Positions 49,808 to 58,382 of a DNA stretch of 64,000 bases are shown one piece after another (positions within the stretch are counted from its first letter, which is position 1; each line of letters starts with the position of its first letter). Below the pieces are notes generated by a model that worked only from the letters and a program-made list of their open reading frames with translations, had not been told where the DNA came from and ran no database searches. The position numbers and the translations under genes were made by a program. Origin of the DNA: a virus (Duplodnaviria; Caudoviricetes); IMG/VR virus record IMGVR_UViG_3300042558_004043. One strand, 5' to 3'.

Positions 49808-50547
49808 TGATAAAGAAGTCTTTACAGTGGATTAAGGATAATCCAAACAGAACAATGTTCCTGGTTCCAATTATATTGGTGGCCGGAATATCAATCTCTC
49901 ACGTAGTTGCATGGTACGATATTGCTAACCCGATTAATTGGGCAATTTACCTTTCAATCGCAATTGAGGTAGGAGCAATGACTGCTCTTGTTGCCGCAAC
50001 AAATAAAATTAAGGGTGGAGTTTGGTTTATGTTTGGGTTGGTAACCTTAATACAAATGATAGGTAACATTTTTTATTCGTATAAAGAAATCGATGCTAAT
50101 AGTGAATTGTTCAAAGCATGGATGGAGTTAACTTCACCACTTTGGGAGGCTTTAGGGTCCGATACGAATGATGTTATCTCATTAAAAAGATGGTTGGCGT
50201 TTTTAGAGGGGGGATTACTTCCGATAATTTCATTAACGTCATTACACTTCTTTACAAAATATGATAGTGGTAAAAAGTCTGAAGTGGTTGTTGAAGAAAA
50301 GATTGTTGAGGTGGAAAAAATTGTTGAAGTTGAAAAGATTGTAGAAGTACCGGTTGAAATAGAAAAAATTGTAGAAAAATTAATCGAAGTACCGGTTGAG
50401 GTAGAAAAAATTGTAGAGGTTCCTGTCGAAGTTGAAAAAATAGTTGAGAGAATAGTGGAAGTTCCGGTTGAAAATAAGATAGATGAAGTGATTGAAGAAC
50501 CAACAGAAACTGATTCGCAGGTAAAAAGACTAACCTACAGAAAATAA
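49807..50547 (+). CDS. four-TM membrane protein with C-terminal EKIVEVP repeats
   Basis: Four hydrophobic helices, then about seven VEKIVE(VP) units. Confidence 0.75.
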   Translation: MIKKSLQWIKDNPNRTMFLVPIILVAGISISHVVAWYDIANPINWAIYLSIAIEVGAMTALVAATNKIKGGVWFMFGLVTLIQMIGNIFYSYKEIDANSELFKAWMELTSPLWEALGSDTNDVISLKRWLAFLEGGLLPIISLTSLHFFTKYDSGKKSEVVVEEKIVEVEKIVEVEKIVEVPVEIEKIVEKLIEVPVEVEKIVEVPVEVEKIVERIVEVPVENKIDEVIEEPTETDSQVKRLTYRK

Positions 50548-50567
50548 ATCACAAATTGTGATGCATT

Positions 50568-51173
50568 ATGATAGATGTTATCAAATACGGTGATTTCAAA
50601 CCGACAGGAAAACAAAAGAAAAAACAACAGATTATTATCCAACACACTTCAAGAAACATTGAAGAGTATCTATTAGGTCTTAAATATAGATTTAATGGTA
50701 GGTATAAAAAAATACCTAATTATGTTGTAAGTCGAGATGGTAAGGTTTTACAACTTTTAAATAATGAATCTTACGGTAAAACATTTTCTGAGGAAAATAT
50801 TAATAGAAATTCCATAGTTATTTCTTTAGAGAATTTGGGATGGTTGGAAAAAGAACCACTAAATAATCAATACGTTAACTGGATTGGAGATATTTATAAG
50901 GGTGATGTGTATGAAAAAAAATGGAGAGACTATTTTTTCTGGCAACCTTATACTGAAACCCAAATAGAATACACGGCAAAGTTGTGTAAGAAAATTTCAG
51001 AAGAAACAGGAATTCCGGTTGAAGTTGTAGAACATAACACACGTATAAATGGGGTTGAAAAATTTAGGGGGATAACATCAAAAAGTAATTTCGATAGTGT
51101 TTTTACTGAATTGAGTCCGGCTTTTAATTTTGAAACATTTTTAAAATATTTGAATGATGAACAATTCACATGA
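50568..51173 (+). CDS. N-acetylmuramoyl-L-alanine amidase (Amidase_2/PGRP)-like protein with degenerate active site
   Basis: QIIIQHTS, NYVVSRDGKVLQL, NSIVISLENLG, PYTETQIE and GITSKSN...ELSP align to the amidase_2 layout. Confidence 0.75.
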   Translation: MIDVIKYGDFKPTGKQKKKQQIIIQHTSRNIEEYLLGLKYRFNGRYKKIPNYVVSRDGKVLQLLNNESYGKTFSEENINRNSIVISLENLGWLEKEPLNNQYVNWIGDIYKGDVYEKKWRDYFFWQPYTETQIEYTAKLCKKISEETGIPVEVVEHNTRINGVEKFRGITSKSNFDSVFTELSPAFNFETFLKYLNDEQFT

Positions 51174-51762
51174 TGAAATTAAGAACTTATTGAAAGCTTC
51201 AAGAAACATGCTTTCTAATAATAGAATTAATGAACAGATAAGTGATATCAAAAGTAAATATGGTATCATAACAGAACAAGGGTCTGATTTGGCTTCTGAT
51301 AATATCAGTAAACCAATGAATATAGCTAAGTCAGTTGAGGATAAAATAGAAGATGACGCTGAACCTGATAGAGATAAAAGTCAAGGATATAGAATTTCTG
51401 GAGGTATCTTAGTTCTCCACGGGAAAGATTCGTCTGACCTAGAATTGACAACCGATGACAAAATCGCTTTCCAAGAAACTATGGATGAGTTTGTTAATGA
51501 GGTTTCAGATTTGGTTGACTTTAATAAGTTAAATGTTTATCCAAATAACGTAGAATGGTCAGGTAAAATCATAGACTTTGACATTGAATTTTTCTTTTCA
51601 ATTGGAGAAGATGGAGGAATGTACATCAATGGTGATATGATTAAAGCGGATGAAAATTTTTTAGAGATGATTAATAAGTTGAAAACTTACTATGATAAAT
51701 TTAAGTCAAAATGGGCAAAAGTTTTGGCATCACGTAAGAAAACAAACAAAACAGAACAATGA
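51154..51762 (+). CDS. hypothetical acidic protein
   Basis: 202-aa ORF overlapping both neighbours. Confidence 0.7.
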   Translation: MMNNSHDEIKNLLKASRNMLSNNRINEQISDIKSKYGIITEQGSDLASDNISKPMNIAKSVEDKIEDDAEPDRDKSQGYRISGGILVLHGKDSSDLELTTDDKIAFQETMDEFVNEVSDLVDFNKLNVYPNNVEWSGKIIDFDIEFFFSIGEDGGMYINGDMIKADENFLEMINKLKTYYDKFKSKWAKVLASRKKTNKTEQ

Positions 51763-52106
51763 ACGAAACTTTAAAAACAATATTGTTATTTTTGATAGTT
51801 GGTTTAGTAGGTTATTCTATTTTTATAACCAATGGTATAAAAACCGATGTTCAATCACACTATGATAAGATTGATAGTTTACAGATATCAATAGATTCAG
51901 CAACTGCAGTGAATTCTATGATAGATGAAAAATTATTAAAATTGGATGTTGACATAAACAATGTCACAAACGAAATTTTGGCTGTAGACCAAACAATAAA
52001 TGATATTAAAATTCAAACAAATGGTAAGGTTATTAATGTTGATAAGTATACTCATACTGAGCTTAAAAAGTTTTTCTCAAAAAGATACAACTCAACTGGA
52101 AATTAG
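51759..52106 (+). CDS. inner-membrane-anchored coiled-coil protein, i-spanin-like
   Basis: N-terminal TM (ILLFLIVGLVGYSIFI) followed by heptad repeats; overlaps the next gene. Confidence 0.5.
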   Translation: MNETLKTILLFLIVGLVGYSIFITNGIKTDVQSHYDKIDSLQISIDSATAVNSMIDEKLLKLDVDINNVTNEILAVDQTINDIKIQTNGKVINVDKYTHTELKKFFSKRYNSTGN

Positions 52107-52425
52107 TACTCAGACGGCAAGACTGATTATTAAAGATTTAATTAAATATGATGGTTGTAAAGATGAACTAACTCAAGCCTATATTAAAATAGGAAAGTTA
52201 GAAGAAAGGGAATCTTTGAAAGATACCATGATAACTTATTTGGAGAAAAAAGATTCAACTTATCAGTTCATAATCAAAGAAAAAGATGGACAATTAACTG
52301 AATTTGCTAAAGCAAATACTAAACTTGAAAATGATTTAAATTCGAAAAATAAACAATTTAAATGGTATAAACGAGGCACCATCGCTGGAGGTGTACTCCT
52401 TGTAATACTACTATTAGTGATTTAA
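52021..52425 (+). CDS. exported coiled-coil protein with C-terminal TM, spanin-like partner
   Basis: Signal MVRLLMLISILILSLKSFS|Q, coiled coil, C-terminal GTIAGGVLLVILLLVI; starts inside the upstream gene. Confidence 0.5.
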   Translation: MVRLLMLISILILSLKSFSQKDTTQLEISTQTARLIIKDLIKYDGCKDELTQAYIKIGKLEERESLKDTMITYLEKKDSTYQFIIKEKDGQLTEFAKANTKLENDLNSKNKQFKWYKRGTIAGGVLLVILLLVI

Positions 52426-52426
52426 A

Positions 52427-52672
52427 ATGGCACTTTCAGATTCAGATAAGAAACAAATAGAAGTTATGATTCGAAAGGAAATTAAGGATTTCATCGGAAG
52501 TAACACTATGAGACAATATGAGGATAAGATTTTAGAATTAGTGTCTAAAGAAATCCGTAGAGGTAAACTTGAAAGTGACACTAAAGAAATCGTAATAAAA
52601 GTCTTCAGAGAGTTCTATAATTTTATGTGGACTCAAAGAGGGTATTGGGAACCAAGATTAAAAAATGCGTAA
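52427..52672 (+). CDS. small hypothetical protein
   Basis: 81-aa ORF, tightly coupled to neighbours. Confidence 0.7.
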   Translation: MALSDSDKKQIEVMIRKEIKDFIGSNTMRQYEDKILELVSKEIRRGKLESDTKEIVIKVFREFYNFMWTQRGYWEPRLKNA

Positions 52673-53600
52673 AATTAAATTAACTGAGAATATTCTCAAG
52701 CAACTTTCTTCAAAAATCTCAGACAATATTTTGTCTAATCCTAACATTATGTCAACAAATCCTATCGAAGGAATGAAAGACATTAGTGTTTTACAAAAAA
52801 AGATAGAGAGTAACGAAGAAATTGAAGAAAAATGGTCTGAAAAATACAAAAAAAGTATAGATTGTAATAATCCAAAAGGGTTCAGTCAAAGAGCTCATTG
52901 CCAAGGTAAAAAAAATAAAGTAAAGGAAGAGATTGAAGAATCGGAAGTTAGAGATATAAAATTGTATGATTTGGCAAAACAACATGCAAAAAGTGATTCT
53001 ACTGAAAAGATTTCCAAAATATATAATATTCTCAAGAGACAACTTAAAAAAGGAATGAAAGTTGAAATGGAACATGAGATGGGACTTAAAAAGGCTAAGA
53101 AAATTGCAATGGACCACCTTAAAGAAGACCCAAAGTATTATGACAAACTAGAAAAAATAGAAAATAAAGAGGCGACTGGTGCGGGAGGAGCGGGGGGTTT
53201 TGTGGGTCCCGTAGGATTCAATCCTGAAAGTGATTTTGTTAAGAAAAGTTTTAAAGAAACTCCTAAAAAAATTGAATCAAATGAAGCAACAGGGGCATCC
53301 TCCGCCGGAGCATATGACGCACCTGGTTTTGAGGATGTTAAAATGAAAGGTAATCATGAACGTGGTTCGGGTAAGTCATACAAAAATCCTCAAATACCTG
53401 GCGGTAAATTTGTTCAGGTTAAAAAGAAATGTAAAAAGTTTCCTTACTGTAATCAAGGTGATATTAAAGCTTTGAATATTTTTGAAAATGAAACTTTAAG
53501 TAATGTAATAAAAGAGGTGAGTAAGAAATATAATATTAGTGAACAAGTTGTCAAAAACATTATAGAGTACGAATATAATTTGATAAAAGATAAACTATAA
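52665..53600 (+). CDS. mosaic protein of short modules (includes a DUF5661-like segment); putative head-internal protein
   Basis: KWSEKYKKSIDCNNPKGFSQRAHC; LKKGMKVEMEH...IAMDHLKEDPKYYDKL; two EATGA..AG units. Confidence 0.65.
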   Translation: MRKIKLTENILKQLSSKISDNILSNPNIMSTNPIEGMKDISVLQKKIESNEEIEEKWSEKYKKSIDCNNPKGFSQRAHCQGKKNKVKEEIEESEVRDIKLYDLAKQHAKSDSTEKISKIYNILKRQLKKGMKVEMEHEMGLKKAKKIAMDHLKEDPKYYDKLEKIENKEATGAGGAGGFVGPVGFNPESDFVKKSFKETPKKIESNEATGASSAGAYDAPGFEDVKMKGNHERGSGKSYKNPQIPGGKFVQVKKKCKKFPYCNQGDIKALNIFENETLSNVIKEVSKKYNISEQVVKNIIEYEYNLIKDKL

Positions 53601-53635
53601 CGTAAAAATTAGATATTTATAAATAAAAAAATCAC

Positions 53636-54862
53636 ATGAAAAAGTCTTTAAATAACTATATTAATTCGTTAGTAGACAAAATTATTAACGAAACTATTGA
53701 AGAAAGAGCTGAGGAGTTGGTTACAAAATTAACCGAAGGTGATAAAATGGTTTGTGAACAATGTGGAAATATGATGACTGAAGGAATTTGTGAACAGTGT
53801 TCAGGGAGTGACATGAAAGAAGGTGAAGAATTTGACTATGTGGCTGAAGAGGAAGAATTTGGTTCAGACCCATTAGGTTTGGTTGATAGATTTTGTAAAA
53901 CGGATAGTGAAGATTACAATGAAGCCACTTGTAATTACCACAAAGAAAATTTCATGGGAGGAGAAGTCAGTGAAAAACTACACGGAAGACAATCAAGAAT
54001 TGATGTTGCCGAACCTAAAGGTAAAATCACTGGAGCCGACTTTAAAAAACTCAAAAGTATGAAAAAAGAAACTGATGAGGAAATGGAAGAAGGTAATGCT
54101 TTTACGGGTGCTTTATCTAAAGCTAAAAAAGAGGGTGATAAATCTTTTGAGGTTGGTGGCAAAAAGTTTGATGTTAGAGAATCTAAGAAATCAATTCAAA
54201 TGACCGAAAGCGAAATGATTAATTTTATTGAGAAAATTGTTTTACAAGAAGAAGAGAAATTAAAATCAATGGGTAAAACTAAAGGTCTTAATGTGTATCA
54301 GAAAGCCCATACCGCATCAGGTAAAGAAAACAAAGAGTATTTAAAATCTCTTGTTAAAAAGATGAAAGATTATCTTAAAGATGGTTCTAAAGGAGAATAC
54401 GACATGAATCCTGAAATATTTCCAAAAGGTAACGGTGAATTAGCCAAGATGGACAAAAAAGCTTACGAACCTTCAGACGCTGTTAAGGATTATACCGATA
54501 ATCTTACCGCCGCAGGACAGGAAAATCTTGATTATGATGAAATCCATCCTAATGAAGATTGGGTAACTGATAATGTGGAAGGTTCATCAAGAACAGGTAA
54601 TAATCCTGAGTGGGCGAATACTGGTAAATCAGATATTAATAAGAAACGCAACAAAGTTAGACAAGATAATATGTTAGCCAAAATTAAGAGAAAGGCGTAT
54701 AATAAATCTCCACAACCAATCATCCAAGATAAAACAGATGGGGATTCAGGGTCCAAACTTATGATGAAATTAGAATCAATTGATGAAAAAACCACAAAGC
54801 AAATTAATGAAGAATTCGAAAGAATGAAAAATTTAATGGGGTATAATCAAAAGACTCAATAA
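53636..54862 (+). CDS. acidic mosaic protein; putative prohead core / head-internal protein
   Basis: Two CEQC motifs, SRIDVAEPKGKITGADFKKL, EGNAFTGAL; modules separated by hydrophobic-x-Glu sites; preceded by TATTTATAAATA. Confidence 0.6.
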   Translation: MKKSLNNYINSLVDKIINETIEERAEELVTKLTEGDKMVCEQCGNMMTEGICEQCSGSDMKEGEEFDYVAEEEEFGSDPLGLVDRFCKTDSEDYNEATCNYHKENFMGGEVSEKLHGRQSRIDVAEPKGKITGADFKKLKSMKKETDEEMEEGNAFTGALSKAKKEGDKSFEVGGKKFDVRESKKSIQMTESEMINFIEKIVLQEEEKLKSMGKTKGLNVYQKAHTASGKENKEYLKSLVKKMKDYLKDGSKGEYDMNPEIFPKGNGELAKMDKKAYEPSDAVKDYTDNLTAAGQENLDYDEIHPNEDWVTDNVEGSSRTGNNPEWANTGKSDINKKRNKVRQDNMLAKIKRKAYNKSPQPIIQDKTDGDSGSKLMMKLESIDEKTTKQINEEFERMKNLMGYNQKTQ

Positions 54863-54908
54863 TATACATTAAAAATATCTTAACTATATTTTATCCATAA
54901 GAATTCTT

Positions 54909-55376
54909 ATGGATAATTTTTTTAATTACGTTACAAAACAGGTTAATCCTGAAGAAGTTGATTTATGGTTCAAGAGTAACAATATAATTCCTGAAAAATT
55001 GGAATTGTTCTCAGATTTTTGTAGGTCATTGAATAACTTAATAGTAGAAACTTATTTAGGAGAATCCGATTCACCAAATGAGACTAAAGTCAATATGTCC
55101 GAAGAGGACAAAATAAATCACTTTGTTTGGTGTTGGAATAAAGTAGTCGACAATTTTTCAAAAGAAAAAATAAAGTTTAATAAAAAAGGTGAACACTTTG
55201 ACTATTTTGTTTCATTTTTTGAAGAAATATTCTACAAACAAGAAAATAAAAAAGTAAGAGATTCGGTTACTGAGTTTTTTGAGGACCTTTTCGATTTAAA
55301 AACACCGTTCACTAAATCTGATTTAGATATGATAAGTACGGTTTATAAAGGTTTAGATAAAAACATGAATAAATAA
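54909..55376 (+). CDS. hypothetical protein
   Basis: 155-aa ORF preceded by TATATTTT (54885). Confidence 0.7.
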   Translation: MDNFFNYVTKQVNPEEVDLWFKSNNIIPEKLELFSDFCRSLNNLIVETYLGESDSPNETKVNMSEEDKINHFVWCWNKVVDNFSKEKIKFNKKGEHFDYFVSFFEEIFYKQENKKVRDSVTEFFEDLFDLKTPFTKSDLDMISTVYKGLDKNMNK

Positions 55377-55451
55377 AAAAATTGTTTTTCTCTTTACTAC
55401 TATAAAGGAAAAATTAATATTATTTATAATAAATTTGTAAAAATAATTACG

Positions 55452-55634
55452 ATGGAAACTTTAGAAAAAATCAAGTCACTGACAGAAGAACTGTCAATGG
55501 ACGCGACCAAATTCTTCAAAGGTAATAAAAGCGCTGGAACAAGAGCTAGAAAATCTGCTCAAGAACTTAAGGCTTTGTTACAAACCTTGAGAGGTGAAAT
55601 TTTGGAAGAAAGAAAAAAAACTGATAATGTTTAA
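55452..55634 (+). CDS. histone H1-like (Hc1-family) small DNA-binding protein
   Basis: KGNKSAGTRARKSAQELK resembles the GNKAAGTRARK motif of Hc1-like proteins. Confidence 0.8.
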   Translation: METLEKIKSLTEELSMDATKFFKGNKSAGTRARKSAQELKALLQTLRGEILEERKKTDNV

Positions 55635-55812
55635 TATAGATAATTTATTTTTTTTTATTTTCATTTTTTCAGTTTTAGTTGTTTTGAGAACAACTATTAG
55701 GTTAATAGGCGCCCTATCACAAAATTCGGATGTAAGAGTCTTGAAAAGTGATAGGGAGCTTGTTATCTTAGGGTTAACAATATCATACATCATAACTTAT
55801 TTATTTCGATAA
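55627..55812 (+). CDS. small two-TM membrane protein
   Basis: ATG 55627; hydrophobic LFFFIFIFSVLVVL and LVILGLTISYIITYLF segments. Confidence 0.65.
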   Translation: MFNIDNLFFFIFIFSVLVVLRTTIRLIGALSQNSDVRVLKSDRELVILGLTISYIITYLFR

Positions 55813-55816
55813 TCAT

Positions 55817-56248
55817 ATGAGTCTATATAAAGAATTTTCAAGTTTATTTCCTTATTTACAATCTGTAAGGAAATTAAAAAATTATCTTAGTTTTGATGTT
55901 AGTTTTCCGGAATCATGGAAGTTACCAAAAAAATATGTTGAGGAGGATAAGATTTTACAACAAGAATCACAAACACCTAATGAAAAATTATTTTCATTTG
56001 TTTCAGAATTTAATGAAGAAGAAGTTGAAAAAATTGCGGGTAATGTAAAAAGTATTATAAATTACAATTTGGAGAGAGAAGAGAAAGAACGTCTTTTCCA
56101 ATCTAAAGTTGATGAGTTAAAAAATGTTTTTGAAAAACAAAGTTTGAATAACCTTAAAAATCTAAAATTTGATATCAAATCAATACAAAATTTGGAGCTA
56201 GAAGATAATGAAGACGAAATCAAGCCAACTGCAATGGCTACAAAATGA
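55817..56248 (+). CDS. hypothetical protein
   Basis: 143-aa ORF in the operon. Confidence 0.7.
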   Translation: MSLYKEFSSLFPYLQSVRKLKNYLSFDVSFPESWKLPKKYVEEDKILQQESQTPNEKLFSFVSEFNEEEVEKIAGNVKSIINYNLEREEKERLFQSKVDELKNVFEKQSLNNLKNLKFDIKSIQNLELEDNEDEIKPTAMATK

Positions 56249-56384
56249 AATTGAGAAAGACAAACGAGATGCCGAGTTTGAAAAACTTAAGTTTATTGAA
56301 CAAATTAAAAAATTAAAAAAAGAGGAAATTTTTCCTAAAAAATTAAGTTTATGGAAAAGAATACTGAGGTTATTTATGGGTTAA
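56208..56384 (+). CDS. 58-aa protein not in the ORF track, with amphipathic C-terminus
   Basis: Manual translation MKTKSSQLQWLQNEIEKDKRDAEFEKLKFIEQIKKLKKEEIFPKKLSLWKRILRLFMG*; fills the gap and overlaps both neighbours. Confidence 0.7.
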   Translation: MKTKSSQLQWLQNEIEKDKRDAEFEKLKFIEQIKKLKKEEIFPKKLSLWKRILRLFMG

Positions 56385-56617
56385 TTGAAAGAATGGCTTT
56401 GGTGTCTGATGCAATAGACAGTTTATTTGTTAATGGGAAAAAGGTTATTGTTATAGAATTAAACAAGTTTGATTTTGAACAAACCAAAATACAGTTTAAA
56501 AATGTTGACCCAAAATTAAACCAATTCAAAATAGATATTTCAGGTATTGAGTTTATTTTTATTTTGGATGAGTTGTTGAATGTCTTTGAAGATAAGACCG
56601 AGGAAAACCTTGGTTAA
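56351..56617 (+). CDS. hypothetical protein
   Basis: 88-aa ORF converging with the minus-strand gene. Confidence 0.65.
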   Translation: MEKNTEVIYGLIERMALVSDAIDSLFVNGKKVIVIELNKFDFEQTKIQFKNVDPKLNQFKIDISGIEFIFILDELLNVFEDKTEENLG

Positions 56618-57200
56618 CCAAAATATCATATAGGTATTTTCTATGTATTGTCGAATAGTCTTTGACTAATATACAATCGTTTTTGTTTATTTTTCTTAAG
56701 TATTGACCTAACTCATCTAAAAATCTATTTGAGTCGGAATCGTTCTTAAATGTAAAAAGTTTATAATTTTCATCTATCTGTACTATAACTTTATTATTGA
56801 GTTTGGAAATCATTTTGATTCCTGTAACCTTTAGATATTTCTGTATAAACTCTTTAGAATTAATTTTTTTCTTAGTTTGGTAGTCTAAGAATTCCTCTTC
56901 AATTTCATATGAAATTATTTTACTGATTGTAAACTCCTCGTCATCTAAATCAACTTTGATTTGCCTACCAAGTTCATCTTTAATAAAAAGTTTTTCCTCG
57001 TTTGATTTCTTTTTCTCCAATATGGCAAGTTCATAAAATGAATGACTACCGTTCTCGTACTTAACAGGAAAAACAACTTCATTGGATTCTTCAATAAGAA
57101 TTTTAAACTTAGCATTTGTTTTTTTATAAGTTTTAAACTTATTGATTATTTTCTTTTTTATTTTATTTTTGAATAAAACAATTTGGAAATTATAGTCCAT
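56559..57200 (-). CDS. hypothetical basic protein
   Basis: 213-aa ORF, divergent from dnaJ. Confidence 0.75.
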   Translation of the reverse strand: MDYNFQIVLFKNKIKKKIINKFKTYKKTNAKFKILIEESNEVVFPVKYENGSHSFYELAILEKKKSNEEKLFIKDELGRQIKVDLDDEEFTISKIISYEIEEEFLDYQTKKKINSKEFIQKYLKVTGIKMISKLNNKVIVQIDENYKLFTFKNDSDSNRFLDELGQYLRKINKNDCILVKDYSTIHRKYLYDILVNQGFPRSYLQRHSTTHPK

Positions 57201-57241
57201 ACTAAATAATAAGAATCATTAAATAATTTTAAATATTGATT

Positions 57242-58168
57242 ATGAGTGCTGAAAGTTATTACAACATTTTAGGTGTTTCAGAAACCGCAACACAAGATGA
57301 AATTAAAAAAGCTTATAGAAAGAAGGCTGTAGAACATCACCCTGATAAAGGTGGTGATGAACAAGTATTTAAAAAAATATCAGAGGCGTATGATACGGTA
57401 GGTGATGAGAATAAACGCAGACAGTATGATGCTCAGAAAAATAATCCATTTGGAGGAGGGTTTAATCCGTTTGAGGATTTCTTCTCTCAATTTGGAGGAA
57501 GACAACAACGTCAACAAAGACCTCAAGTACCTGATAAGGTTGTAAATCTTGATGTTACAGTTATTGAATCTTATTTGGGTGTCGATAAAACAATTAATTA
57601 TAGTCGTAAACACGCTTGTAATACATGTAGTGGAAGCGGAGGAGATAGAAACACTTGTAGTAAGTGTAATGGACAAGGTTTCGTTACAGTTAGAATGGGT
57701 AACGGAATGTTCATTCAAATGATGCAACAGATGTGTGATTTATGTGGGGGACAAGGTTCTGTATTGACAAGGAGATGCGTTACTTGTAACGGACAAGGTA
57801 CAAGGTCTGAAATGGAAAGTGTTACATTCAAATTACCGCACGGCTCAGACAACGGTCAATTCTATAGAATGAATGACTTAGGTGATTATCATGGTGGTTT
57901 TTACGGAAACTTAGTTATTAAAGTTAACTTGGTTAATTCAGATAACTTTGAAAAAACAGGTAATGACTTAATTTATAACTCTTACCTCAATTTAGATGAT
58001 TTAAACAAAAATTCTGTTGGTGTTCCTCATCCTGATGGTGAAATGAGAGTTAACTTTCCTTTAGAGTTTGATACCTCAAAACCCCTTAGAGTAAAATCTA
58101 AAGGGTTCAAAAATGGGGGTCAAGGGGACCTTTATGTAAAATTGTTCGTTAAGTTTAAAAGAGGTTGA
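57242..58168 (+). CDS. dnaJ: DnaJ/Hsp40 co-chaperone (J domain, zinc fingers, C-terminal domain)
   Basis: YYNILGV...HHPDKGG; four CxxCxGxG repeats (CNTCSGSG, CSKCNGQG, CDLCGGQG, CVTCNGQG); GDLYV. Confidence 0.93.
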   Translation: MSAESYYNILGVSETATQDEIKKAYRKKAVEHHPDKGGDEQVFKKISEAYDTVGDENKRRQYDAQKNNPFGGGFNPFEDFFSQFGGRQQRQQRPQVPDKVVNLDVTVIESYLGVDKTINYSRKHACNTCSGSGGDRNTCSKCNGQGFVTVRMGNGMFIQMMQQMCDLCGGQGSVLTRRCVTCNGQGTRSEMESVTFKLPHGSDNGQFYRMNDLGDYHGGFYGNLVIKVNLVNSDNFEKTGNDLIYNSYLNLDDLNKNSVGVPHPDGEMRVNFPLEFDTSKPLRVKSKGFKNGGQGDLYVKLFVKFKRG

Positions 58169-58328
58169 TTATATTCTCGATAATTTTAACGGTCCCATAA
58201 ACTGCGGATATCAAAAAGTAAATCGAGAAAATTATCAAAGGGGTAGGTAACGCGGATAATGGTTTCTTAGCGTTACATGTTTTACATGATTTTTTTTCAG
58301 GGGTGATGTCTATTATATTGTTCTCCAT
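58155..58328 (-). CDS. 57-aa CxxC single-TM protein not in the ORF track
   Basis: Manual translation MENNIIDITPEKKSCKTCNAKKPLSALPTPLIIFSIYFLISAVYGTVKIIENIINLF*; has upstream promoter-like motifs. Confidence 0.7.
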   Translation of the reverse strand: MENNIIDITPEKKSCKTCNAKKPLSALPTPLIIFSIYFLISAVYGTVKIIENIINLF

Positions 58329-58382
58329 ATTATTAATTTTGAATAAAATATAAGGGTTATTTTCAAATCTATAAATATTTTA

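Noticed and set aside
55627-55812. Holin call for the two-TM protein
   Set aside because: Size and topology fit, but there is no motif or adjacency to a lysin; left as a membrane protein.
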